NCBI RefSeq assembly: GCF_009914755.1
Contig: NC_060932.1
Strand: one strand, 5' to 3'
Origin: the human T2T-CHM13v2.0 reference genome, Homo sapiens
DNA length: 64,000 nucleotides
This document shows positions 50,343 through 64,000 of this stretch, piece by piece. The position numbers and the translations under genes are program-made. Position 1 is the first letter of the stretch, and each line of letters opens with the position of its first letter. The notes below the pieces were generated by a model, which worked only from the letters and a program-made list of their open reading frames with translations, was not told the origin of the DNA and did not search any database.

Positions 50343-52757
50343 TACAGGGTATCCTCTTATTACTTGAGGGAAAAGCCAGTATCTATATTATCAAAAGGGA
50401 AACTATCGTGAAAATCACTTCATTAAATAACAAAATTGCTTGCTATGTGACTGAAAGGCATCATTTTCTCTCCTTACGAAATACAGATCCCACAAAAATA
50501 GTTTGGTTGAGACTTACAAATGGAAGTTAAAATTAGATCATCTCTATAGAGGACCTACACAGGATGTGAACTTGGTCCTAGATTTCAGTTTCTGATGAAA
50601 TACCTTGCAGCTCTTGCTCACAGACAGCTGTTTGAAACCAGAACGCAAACAATTTTACTTTTCTGTTATTCAGAATCTATTCTGATTATATCCATAACAG
50701 TAGTAAAAAATAATTCAGAAAATAATAATCATGAATGAAACGCATCATTCATTCCTCTGCCTACCAAGTGACCAGTAGTATGAGCCTTCATATCTCTTTG
50801 ATGCCAAGGATAGCTGTTTGAAGGAGGAAAAGCCTTAGAAGGTGGGTCTGATTGCAACACTTCATCATCAGCTCAGCCTCCGCAATGGTTTATAATTTAC
50901 TCGGTAAAAACAGATAGTCAAACATTGGTCAAGACCACGTACAGGCATCCAGAAAGATATCCTAGCCTACTGCACTGCACGTAGCTGGAAAAGTTACGTG
51001 CAAGCACCATGTTCCCTTATGAAACAGACAGCTGCCCTCCAGAACTTGGTCAGTTTGCATGTTCTTTAGAAAACAGTAGTGTCAGACCACAGGCATAAGG
51101 GCAGGAGAAATGGTTCCTGACGAGAAACCAAAGATTACCCATTTAAAAACAAAAGCCAAATGTGTATGCTATCAGCACTGGTAGGAGCAATTTTCTGCAA
51201 AGAAGAATATTTATGTTCTCCAGGTCATCTTATGAAATGACTAAATAAAAAATTTAAATAACTTAAGGGTCCTGATAAATGATGAACAGTCTTCAGACTA
51301 AAGTCAGACTGCCTTTCCAATAACAGTACCAAGGAGTCCAATTTTTCAACACATAAAAAACATAGTTTGTAGCAGGAACACCCAAACTCTGCATGATAAT
51401 CTCCAAAAGTTGAAGCTGCTCAAATAATCATGCCCAGGGTATGATCACTGTGACCTGAGACAATGTCAGGTATTGTCACTGTGACCTGAGAGACTGACTG
51501 CCAATTATGTACAGAAGATGGAAATGGCTCTGGGGCTGAGATGTTTTCAGATGTAGGAAGGGATTTCTGCTACAGAGGGGCATCAAACTGTCACAGCTGG
51601 AAGACCCATAGAAAGTATTGGCCTAATCCTGTCATTCTGCAGCAGGTAATGCAGCCCCAAACAAGTTAACTGATGTGTTCAAAGTTTCATAATGACTGAG
51701 ATGAACCAGAAAGTCCAGGAAACAGAATGGAAATTAGGCCTGTTTGTGACACTCAGATTTCTCCAACCCCAACGTTAGGGTGTTCTGATTAAACGAAGAA
51801 CGGCTTAAGTAACTGAGAGCAAACGTGGATTCCTGGAAAAAATAATTCAGCACCTTATTTGTCCCTCTTCATTCCAGAGCCTGCATTTCCCATCAAGACA
51901 GCCCACTTCCCGGGCTCCCAGCTCCAGCTCTCCAGGGCTTTCCCCAGAAGCGCAGACAGTGCATGGACAGCCAAGGCACAAGGCCATGGTTTCTGCATCC
52001 TCTGTCTTTTCCCAGTTCGCAGAGCCGGAAGTGGTAGACTACAGCGACAGATTCCTCTTGGGGTCACTGTGATCACAAGGAGCAGAAGCAGCGGACTAAG
52101 CTGGTTTTGCTTGAAATGCAGAATTTCTGCTCATCAGCATATGGCTGGTTGGCCACATGAATAACTCTTCTCTATTACATAATCCATCTCTTTAATTTCC
52201 TGTCCACACGAGTATATAAGTCTGTGGGTACGTGTCTTGTCATGTTCGCCATATATGTCAAAGTGTGTGTGGAGGTGGCGGGAGGTTACATGCATGTGTA
52301 TTGTGGTGGCTGCTGTTTAGAAATGAGGGTCAGCTCCTCCGATATTCTCCCTTCGAATGGCCATTCAGCAAGGATCAGTTTTTGAGCCTGATCTCCATAC
52401 AAGAATGGTTGGTTATTGCTTTAAATGTAGGATTGCCTTATTCCTAAATGGCCTTGAATGGGGATCAAACTAACATTATGAGGAAGAAACAAAAACATCC
52501 CTGTGCACTTTGACCTTAGATGTTCAGTACCATTGTAGAGTCCCTGACTGCTAACCACCAAGCGACAAAACCACATCACAGTGATGCTTACAAATAAGAG
52601 AAACGTTCTTAAGTGTTTAAAAAGCCACTGTAACATGATATTCTTCCCAAATTATCACACCTATGTAAAAACATTTTAAAATCAAGACTATCTTATTCCC
52701 TTTTGGCATCAAAATACTTAACTGCATTTTAATGCTGTGCATAAGGAAATGGTTTAC

Positions 52758-52890
52758 CTTCCAGCATTTTCTGCAGACTGTTCCTCATGACATGGATGTT
52801 CTCTATCCCGATAAACTGAAACTTGATATTGGAATAATTGTCTTCATTCTCATAGCCTTTCCCTGCAGCACGATTTGCCATTGCATTAAG
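52758..52890 (-). CDS. MTMR7: MTMR7 coding exon (133 nt): LNAMANRAAGKGYENEDNYSNIKFQFIGIENIHVMRNSLQKMLE
   Basis: ctgcag acceptor, gtaaac donor; NAxANRAxGxGYE and NIHVMR motifs. Confidence 0.96.
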
Positions 52891-54118
52891 CTGCAGTGGT
52901 CAGCAAAACAGAACAGTCATCAATTACATTGATGAAACAATGATGAAACAACCAAAACATTTCATGGATACCCAATCAAAGCATTCAGAATGATGTACGG
53001 AAACATAATACGCTTATTTGAATCACTGCAACCTTGTACTGAACTACATAGCTTCAGGGACTCCTGCTGAGCTTATATTCAACAGCATGAATTTGTCAGT
53101 GTGGGTCACATTTTCTTAGCTGGAAAGCAGTCTACTGATAAACCCTTCTGGAGATGTCACTTGCAGTCCCCGTCAGAGATGCCAAACTGAATGTGGAATT
53201 CTGTGATGGAACCAAGTAGTCCAATTTAATACCACACATAACCGGTAGGTTGGCAGAAGAATATCAGCAGAAACAGCTGTCAAAATAAGGCTCTATACAT
53301 TATTATATCTTCTAGTATTAGATTGCCAATAAACACGTTATCAAATAGGAATGGTTGCATCATTCTAATTTGCCCACAAGATCCCTCAGATGCCCAGTTA
53401 AACCTTGAGCAGGAATTACTGAATAAAATGAAGAGAGGGAATGCAACCAAGTCTCCAGAGACATTTCCACCAGCCGCCTTATTTAAATCTAGAGATCTAT
53501 TGGGCTTTTTGATCACTTTCATTATTATAATTTTGCATATGAGAAGTTGGGGTCTCCAAGTGCAAACTAGGTTAAGTCACAGTGGTATCTGAAGAAGTTT
53601 ATTAAATCCAAACACTGTCCTAGCCTGCGTGGCTAAAATCAAGAAGGGGACAAGTCCTACTTTAGCTGGGAAATGCATCGGTTTCTAGAATGTGTAAACA
53701 TTCTTGCTATTTTATTAAGCAGGTCATCACATCCTAGAAAACAGCATTCGCTGACCATTCTCCTCCTCCACCCACCAAGGACAGGAGGGCTAACCCAGGC
53801 AGAGAACCTACACTGAGAACTCACCACCAGAAAAAAATATCTGCTTTTAAAAGCACAGTGCACAATAGTACTTTTTAAAAGCTAAAAGAGCTAAGTTTAA
53901 AGTTAAAGACACATATGTTCTTTGACACAGATCTCCTAAAAGTCTGACAAAATTAAAAGTACCAGCACATAAAAATAGATGCCCAAGAATGTTTATTGAA
54001 AAAAGCTGAAAACCCATGACTATCTCAATAGGACAATGACAGGATACACAATGGTTTATCATGCCCTGACCTGCGAGCAGTGACCAAGAAGGAGGGCACA
54101 GATCACACAGCAGACAGA

Positions 54119-54335
54119 CAGATGCTCTGAGGCTTACGATGGGGTTATATCATGATGAGCCCATTGGAAGTTGAAAATGCCGTAAGTGAAAAGTGCATGG
54201 CAAACTGGGAGCTGCTGCCGCTGCTGCTGCCCAGCATCACAAGAGAAGTACACTTTCTGAATGTCTATTGCTTTTGCACCATTGTAAAAAGCCACAAAAT
54301 CATATAGGTCGAACCATTAAGTCAGAGACCCTCTG
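54119..54335. mobile_element. MER47 (Tigger-family) DNA transposon relic
   Basis: CAGATGCTC..CTTACGATGGGGTTA start and GTCGAACCATTAAGTCAGAGACCCTCTG end. Confidence 0.8.
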
Positions 54336-55176
54336 TGCATAGACTTGGCATTGGCCCATGACAAGTGAAAAGAGTAAGCTACAGAATAATATTCATACAA
54401 TCATCCATTTTTATAAAACCAACTTATAGATATGTATTTAAGTTTTTGCGTGTTTATCAAGCAGAATAAAAATGTATAGAAAACGGTACCAATTTGGCAG
54501 CAATTACAGCAGAAAGACAGCATGGCAGGCGACAGGAGAATGCCATCAGTACTACTTTGGATGCCCCTGTAATCTTTCATTGATACCGAGAGCATATATG
54601 AAGTTTGTAATTGAAATAATAGAAATAAAGTATATTAGAAGTGAAAAAAACAGCAGAGGATAAGCCATTGCCATAGGAGCCCAGGCTGGCAGACACCTCA
54701 CATTTCAATAGCAGCCCTGCTCCATGACGTGGCTTATGTGACATCAGCTGGGCCACATCAGCCCCTCAGGACACTGTTCCCATCCACAAAAGGGTGTCAT
54801 CTTTCTCCCAGGCATGCTACGAGAATAAAGAGTTTGGCCTTAATCAAGAAAAAAATATTAAAATAATGCATTTTAAGACAACTTATGTTCACACTTTAAG
54901 AAGTATAAATATTTTATAGGGAAAACTTTTGTAAAATTACCTATAGACATTGTTCTTCCAAAACTAATAAAATATCACTGCTTTGTATAATTATTTTTCA
55001 AAGATGTTGGTTTATCCTTTATAACAAGCGTCATAAATAAAATTAATAGGAGATTTGAAAGTATCCTTACGTGACATGAACCTTACGTTTATGCTGTATC
55101 TTGACTAATTCAAGTGAAGCCTATTCACCACATACCACAGAGATACTCTTTTAAAAAGCATAAGAAAGAAAAACCA

Positions 55177-55461
<285 letters not shown>

Positions 55462-58400
55462 TCATTCTCCTCCTTCACCCACAAGGGACAGGAGGGTTAT
55501 CCCAGGCAGAGATACAAAAAAAAAGAGAGACAGACTACACAGTCTACAAAAGTTAGAATGTAGAATAGATTTTTTAAACATAAACAAAAATTAAAATATT
55601 ATTTTAACCTATAATTAAGACTCCATGTACACATTATGAAATAGCTGATTATCCTTGATCTGGGAGAACTGATTGGTAATCTCCCTTAAAAGCAAAGCAG
55701 CAACACAAATAACCTCCTGAACATCAATGTGCACTTCTCAGAATGAACAGAAGGTGGCAATATTTCATCTACCAGCTGAAGTGTAATTTCTTAGGATCTC
55801 CACCTTTTTTACAGGACCTATCCTGATAATGTAGCAAAAGCTGAACCCTCAAAGCAGGAGATACGGTTTTACAATTAATAAAAATTCAATGTTATCTTGG
55901 ACATTTTACGTGTATGTGTGCGCAGTAAGATACGGCATCCCTTACATAAACAAATCGCTATTACTACATCAAATACGGTCCTCTGTCCCTTTGACTGAGA
56001 ACTCCATTTCACAACTAAAGAAAAGCTATGCATTTCAGGTCCTAAAAGTTCTCAAGTAGATAAAGCAATAAAGGTAGTCACTTCAGTTCCAATTCATGTT
56101 TAAGAAACACACAACAGATAGGTGAAAAGTAGGACTGCAAAAATACCCTGTTTCCTAACACAAGGTTCATTTGCTGTTTGATAATATCAGTGTCTTTGGG
56201 TGCAGAGAAGTTAATAAATGAAGCAAAGTCAACACTGTATAGACACCTACTATGGCCAGGCGTTAAGTGGAATCAAAAGAAGCTGTTCCTGTTGCCTTCA
56301 GCTTAGAACTGACAATGGAAAGGAAAGCACATGGCACCCAGTGGTCCCAGATGACATCCACCAGGACTGGGCAAGAGCTGAGCAACGGGAGAGACAGTGA
56401 CAATGACAGGAGTTGAAATCTAAGGAAACTCTGTCGGCCTGGGGATCAGGGGTAACGTTTTGTTTAAGAGAGAAAGCTAGAGCTGGACTTTAACACAATC
56501 TGTAAGGATGGAGAGAGAGGGGAGGGCATTCTACATAACCAATGAGCGAACCACTCCAGGTGAAGACGAAGGTTCCTGTGTGGCAGCTACAGCAAGAGGG
56601 AAGGCTAGAAAGCACTGAGGGTCCACTACAACAGGCCCAGCCAAGGAACTGAGGCTCCACCTGTGGCAGCGGAGAGCAACTCCAGGATTTTGAGCAAGTC
56701 TAACTGAAAAACTGGAGACTGATTTAGTGTCCACAACAGAGAAGATGCACAGGAATAAGGAGCGAGCAGAGAGGGATGGGCACGGAAAACCTCAGCGCTG
56801 ACAGAGAGGAGGGACGGAGAACGCAGGCTCCACGAGGGGCCCTGAGTGTCTCATTGATGGCCACATCCGTATCCTTCAAACCGGCATGGAACAGGCACTC
56901 AAGGAAGATTTACTGACCGGCTGAGCAACTGCATAAATGACTGGATAACAGAATGAGGCCCGGGGAGAGCAGGCCAAGACTGTGAAGAAACAGCATGAGA
57001 TTCTCACCCTAACCCTGAATCAATCAAATGTAGAAAAACTCAGTCTGTGTTCATCTTGGTATCAGGTTAAAGGTCAGCCTGGTCACTGCCTTAGTCCTCA
57101 AGTCTACCATTTCCACAGCTACATTTAATGCCTGAAGAATGACAGTGCCTACGCTGACATGGTTGGGAAATGACCGTACAAGCTGATCTTGGCAGGAGGG
57201 GGACTTGGTCTTGCCCTAACACAGGTGGTCAAATGACGGTCTTTCTCTCTCCCTCCTATATAACTGGTTACAGGAAGAAACTTCACTTGTGGTGCAGACA
57301 CAAACATGTGAGTTGATTTTATTCCTTGCAACTATTCTCTACAACTGTGCTAGTCAAAATCCTCCTTTCTACCCGCTAAGGACCTCTTGGGCAGATTTAA
57401 TAGCATCAGGTTTACTTACATTCAGATAGAAAATCTCCATCCGGCCTAACTTAGAATTCCAGTCCCGTATGTGACGCAAAATTAGCTCTTCCCCGCCGCC
57501 TTACAGGCTGTGTGGACTGCTGAGGGGTTTGCTCCGGCCCACCCTCCCTCTCCTCTTTATTGTAGGCCCTATCTGTGTACTGGGAGGATGGGTGCAGAGG
57601 AGGGAGAAGAGAAGAGGTAAATTTCTCTTTGGAAAGCTCGGCAGGGTTCCAATTCTCTCTTCATCGGTTGACATGAGTTGGTCACCACTTCCCTCTCTGG
57701 CATAGCGTCCAAGTGCTCAATCTCCCAAGGTATAGATGCAGGTTTTTGGAGGTAGGGAGTACACATCTCACTGAAAAAGGAGATGCGCCTTGGCTTGAGT
57801 CTATTCCAGTACGCTCAACTTCCCTCACCAGCACACCCACCCCAGTCACCTACAGCTGAAGACACCCGGCGGCTGAGCCCTTTTAGGAATGCTGAAGCAA
57901 GATGGCTCATGCTCAACTTCCTTCCTCAGGCTCCACTGGACCCACAGGAAATTTCTCCATCCTTGCCCTGCCAAAAGGAGGGAGCACAGATTGCTCCACG
58001 GCCACTGGACACTGCCCTCGCCCCAGTTCTCTTCACTCTGGTTGCTGCCATGACGGCCACCAGCAAGTGTGAGACCCCCGATTCCCCTCTCTCAAGCACC
58101 CCTCATCTCTACCACTGACTTTCCTAGGTGACCCCTCCCAGGACTCAGCGAGTAGGAACCACCTACTCACTAATTCCAGAGAAAAAGAAAAACATCCCAC
58201 GTGACATCCTGTTACACAACTAAAACCTCGCTGACCTGGTGAAATCACGGGGCAGAACCACAGCAAAGTCTCTGGAGAAGGAGCAAGGACAAAAGGCCAG
58301 GCGTCACGGAGGCAAGCGCTGCCTCGCCCTCGGCCCTTCTCTTCATGCCTCAGCACCCCCTCCGCTGGCCCTGGCTGCGTCAGAGGAGCTGCTGGGAGGT

Positions 58401-58696
58401 TCTCTGGCCTCGTCAGGCGTGTGCTCAGAGGTGGTAACCCCACAGAGCTTCCACGTGGAAACGAGGCTCTGCTGGAGAATTTTTGTAAACAGAAAAAACA
58501 CCATGGTCAAACGGAGCGAGTGTGGGCTCTGGGGTTAGATAAGCCTGGATGTGAATCCTGGAATGTAAACTGTGAGACCCTGGGCAAATTACTTAACCTC
58601 TTTAAGTTCTAGCCCTTATCCATGAAAAGAAACAAAACAAAACAAAACCCTCCTAACTTGCCAGGATTCTTAAAAGAACTAAATGAGAAAGTACCT

Positions 58697-59072
<376 letters not shown>

Positions 59073-59211
59073 TCATTTGAAAATTCAGCGAAGACTGCGA
59101 CAACACCTTCATATGTTCTTAAAGCGCCACACCCTAGCACTAATACGTGCCCTGAAGAGTATAATTTTTTTTTGGAATTGACATTCAATACATGCTTGAA
59201 GACTTCATTGA

Positions 59212-59466
<255 letters not shown>

Positions 59467-60859
59467 TAATTCTGAGGCTTTCATCTGAACAGGCAGCTCT
59501 GGAAGTTCTCATGTGGGGCTAGCCTTGCTCAAAGGCCAGGAACGATTCAGGTCAGCTCCTAATCCTTTTTCTTTTTAATGAAACCTGTGAGCAAACCTGA
59601 GAAGTGCCTGCTTGCCAGGGTCCACACCTTCTAGAGCAAACTCAGTCTCCTGGCTACCAAGGAGGCCTAACACACTCTGGAACAAAAATCAACATACACA
59701 GTCTTTAAAAGAATGAAAGCTCTAAGTAAACAGTTTAAAACTCACGTGAAGTGTGCGTGCATGGATAAATATGAGAAGAGGGCATGGCTTGTACGAAACC
59801 CCAGTTTTCTTTAATGGATCAGTGTCAAACTCATCGCTGAGAGTAAACACACTTAGCACTAAATATACCCTTCAAATCAAATCCTTTGGATTAACTTATT
59901 TTAAATCTGGAATATGCCTGGCTCTACAGCTGCCACGTTTCCTAGAAGGTTTACACAACACAGTACATATCTGGATCACTGGTCCTAAAATTAGTAGGTG
60001 AATCTGTCTGGCTTTATTTAAATCTGAAAAAAACAGGGTAAGAAACAGGCTTCCCAATCTCTCCTCAGTAAAGCCCCCGTCTTTTCTCTTCCTTTTCTTA
60101 TCTTGTCTTCAGTATATCTAAGCAGCTAATCATTAAATCATCTGTAACTATTAGGAAATTCAAAACAGCCCCACCTTGCTTCAACAAAGGGTACGAAGAA
60201 GAGGTGGGAAGGCAGTCACATTAGAAGGAAGGGTTTAAACACAATGAGCCAGAGAGAAGGGCACAAATTGACAGAGAACAGTAAAAGCCAGAGATTTTCT
60301 GGTATGTTTCAGTGAAAATCTTCCAGCAAAGGAGCTATTTTTTTTTTTTTCAGTTTGAAACTTTTATCTGTGTGTCGTGCTCTGAGAATTTAAAAGGAAG
60401 GGACCCTTTACTTATAATCTAGTAGAATGTGAATGTGATCTAGCTGTGGTATCGGTTTCATCACTGATCTCCAGGACTGATTCGCTCATCTGGCATCCGT
60501 GAGTAGTAACTCCACACACTTCTCTCCCGCTGTGTGCTTTGCTCCGAAGAAGACTGGATGGTTCTGAGATGAGGGGACGAGTAGGGCACTGATCTCACTC
60601 TAGGAAAACATCACATTCCATTATCCTGGACACAAATCATAATACTTGGTGACATGAAGTTCAGAGAATCCGTGAAAATCACCAAGGCCTGAGTATCCAC
60701 ACAAAGGATAGGATGCAGTTCTCGTGATTTCTGGGATCACCAATGAGTGTAGACCGTGTCTATAATTACCTCTTCCCCACAGTGTACACTTTTAAATGAC
60801 TTGAGCTGCTGGTTCTATTTTACCCTTCCTGTTGTAATGTTTATTTCCTATGTTCTTTT

Positions 60860-61412
60860 TTTAATACCTTCACTGACATGTAATTCACATGTCATACTAT
60901 TCACCCATTTAAAGCATACGACTCAATGGTGTTTGGTATACCCACAGAGTTGTGCAACCATCACCATGATCTCATTTTAGAATATTTCCATCACCCTAAA
61001 GAGACATCCACTACCCATTAGCGGTCACTCACCATTTCTCTCCCTTCCCCCAGCCCTCGGCAACCATCAGTTTACTTTCAATAGCTCTGAAATTGCCTGT
61101 TGAAAGCATTTCATGATTCCTTTGTGACAGACTTCTTCCTCTTAGTATGACACTTTCAAGGTTCCTCCATGTTGCAGTATGTATCCATAGTCCATTCCTT
61201 TTTATAGCTGAATAATATTCCACTGAATGGACATACCATATTTTGTAAATCCATTCTCCATTTATGAACATTTGGTTATTTACATTTTAGGCTATTACTA
61301 ATAATGAACAAATATTCACATACAAGTTTTTATGTGGACATAAGTTTTCATTTCTCTTGGTTATATACCTAGGAAGGAACAGCTGATTCATATGGTAACT
61401 CTATTTTTAACT
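60860..61412 (-). mobile_element. L1MB 3'-end fragment
   Basis: ORF 61029..61271 resembles the ORF2 end (WYVHSVEYYSAIKRN); L1M 3' UTR phrases. Confidence 0.8.
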
Positions 61413-61453
61413 AAATTTAAAGTCCTTATGCTCTTTTACCTTTTCTATAGTGA

Positions 61454-61860
<407 letters not shown>

Positions 61861-62970
61861 CCAATTCTTTTAACAAGATTAAACATAATTTCTCTATCCC
61901 ACTCTTGTTGCCTAACAGGACATCCTGGACTCCTCTGCTTACCATACAAGGAGACAGAACTGGACGTTCATCTTTCTCCTCAGTCACAGGTCCAGGCACA
62001 TTTTCATTAGTGGCTAGGAAAGTGCAATTGCAAATAAGCTGACTAAGGGACGTTTCATTCTGTCATCTCATTCTGTCTGCTGTAGTCAATGCACTTGTAG
62101 GTGACTTTGTGTCCATCCCTCTGGGGACTTCACTTGTTGAAGTTTTAGAAGACTTGGGTCTAAGGAGAAAAACTGGAATTTTATTGGACTTAACACTGAT
62201 TCTCCTTAAAAACAAAAAAGTTAAGGCTGAGTGGGAGGTAAGTGTAAGATCAATGTGGCTCACTCCTTGATGTCTAGATATATTATTTCCTATTCGTTTT
62301 CTTAAATTAGAAAACTAATAAATTAATACATACATAATTGTAAACTAATACTTTTCTAACAATCAACAAGTAGAAAGCCCTCTACGTCCGCAAATCCTAC
62401 TCCCTTCTCCATGGAATTTTTAGAGTTCAGGGTTTAACCTTTCAGATCTTTTTCTACACCTTTTTACACACCTAGAACTTTTTATGAAAAAAATATTTTT
62501 TAATTTACCTTATATTTTATAGTTCTTTCCAAGTCATAGGTATAGATTACTACAAGTTGAATTTGAAAAATAATAGCTGAGTACTTCGCAACAATTGAAC
62601 TGCTGGAGCTCCAGAGTGAATTTTATTGTCAGAGCAGAAAGGGCTGTTTTAGAAAGAAACCAAGTACTAATACGGTATACTTAGGAGCACAATCTCCAAA
62701 ATGAAGCCACATTCATTTGGGTGCCCCTGTGTGCCCAGCACAATGCTAGGGGCAGGGGAAATATGAAATGTACTTGTATAGTTGGAGGCTTCAGGTGCAC
62801 TAGACCTCCAGGAAGTAGCCAGCAGGGTGCCCAGACACTGACTATGCCAAGAGGAACCGCCCCTTTGCAGATGAAGCAACCTGCACAAGAGATGGCAGTC
62901 GGCTAGCCTTTGCCTGTCTCCAGTTTCACAACTCAGGTGCAAAGACATGCATCGCAACGGTGACACTTAC

Positions 62971-63105
62971 TTTAGGCCGGGTGTCAACGACATAAACGAA
63001 GTCACTTCCTGGATTGGCTTTCCTAATGGCCTGGAGCATCTGCTCGTCCTCTAGGCACCGGGCACTGAAGCCGGACAGGGGCTGGCTGCTCCGGCAGATG
63101 GAGGC
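62971..63105 (-). CDS. MTMR7: MTMR7 coding exon (135 nt): ASICRSSQPLSGFSARCLEDEQMLQAIRKANPGSDFVYVVDTRPK
   Basis: ccctag acceptor, gtaagt donor; RSSQPLxG and DTRP motifs; upstream exons lie beyond the window. Confidence 0.96.
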
Positions 63106-64000
63106 CTAGGGGGAGAGGTCACAGCAACACAGCACCATCAGGTAACTGTACCCATGAGAGACACTCTACGTGTGTCTCCAGAACAAAGAGCCCTTGGCTC
63201 ACTGATAGTCCACCTCGGCTTATGAAAACGTGATACAGCTTTCTGGAAATCAAGCCTTGTTTATTAAAATTCAAGTCAAACCACTAATGGGCAAGCAATA
63301 CAAAGAACCTGTCTGTGCAAAATATTAGGAATGTGTAGAGATGTTTAGATAGGGTCTAAGTTATGATATTCAAAACCATTTAAATAATCTACTTTCCTTT
63401 TCACTGATATTGCTTCATTTTCCTGCTGAAAGAAAAAATACAAAATAAATAACCGTTCTCAAATGCATAGGATACGATTAATGGTGACATTAATAAAATA
63501 GAAATTATTTTTTAATGCTTTCCAACCTTTTTTTTTTTTAAACTAGCCCATCTAGAAACATCACAAATACCAAAAACCAATTCTAATTCTAAACGGGAAA
63601 CTTTCACGGTGACAAGAGCCCAGGTTGCTGCTAGGTTTGAAACCGAAGGACAGCAGGCACATACCTGTGCTGACTCAAGTCTACTTAGAACAAGGGGGAT
63701 TTTTTTTTGGAATCAATCTGCATTCTCTGCCCCAAGTCCCGTACCCTGCAATTCTGACAGAGTAGATTGCACTGTCAGATGACATCTAGAAGAGCAGAAA
63801 CATTTCCCTGAGTTATGAGTAGGTAGTACAGATCCTACCTTGCAGCTATAAAACTTCGGCTTTTGTGGCAAAGTACTTTCATGGATTTAGGTTTTAACAC
63901 TTAAACACAAAACACCCAATAAAATGCCTGAATGACTCAAAGCATCTACATTGAGACTGTAAGTCCACAGTGTGAAAGAATGCAGGCAGTGACAGAACCC

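Noticed and set aside
51847-51972. REST/RE1 half-sites (TTCAGCACC; ATGGACAGC)
   Set aside because: Halves are more than 100 nt apart; no complete RE1.

Overview
Eukaryotic, primate (human or close great-ape) intron-rich DNA holding the convergent 3' ends of two genes, recognised by hand-splicing GT-AG exons. On + are the last five coding exons and the non-coding terminal exon of VPS37A (ESCRT-I subunit; ...VSQLTDMNEQEEVLLEQF...QQAIAMHSQFHAPL*). On - are the last nine coding exons of MTMR7 (myotubularin phosphoinositide phosphatase with the HCSDGWDRT catalytic motif). Their 3' UTRs appear to meet or overlap at about 18.4-19.7 kb. The rest is intronic and repeat-rich: a near full-length old L1PA in the last VPS37A intron, a truncated younger L1PA, about 15 Alus, MADE1, MER2, MER33, MER47, and MIR/L2/MLT relics. 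Almost all ORFs in the supplied track are repeat-derived or spurious. I found no wholly new biological system. The best leads are: (1) an L1 carrying an apparent 3' transduction; (2) an L1 5' end about 90 nt upstream of the VPS37A terminal exon, a candidate antisense-promoter chimera; (3) a polyadenylated retrocopy-like insert that could act as an intronic poly(A) site truncating VPS37A; (4) a palindrome-containing duplicated segment flanking the VPS37A stop exon; (5) an in-frame skippable MTMR7 catalytic exon bracketed by inverted Alus. Repeat subfamily names and exon numbers come from memory of consensus sequences and gene models, not from a search.
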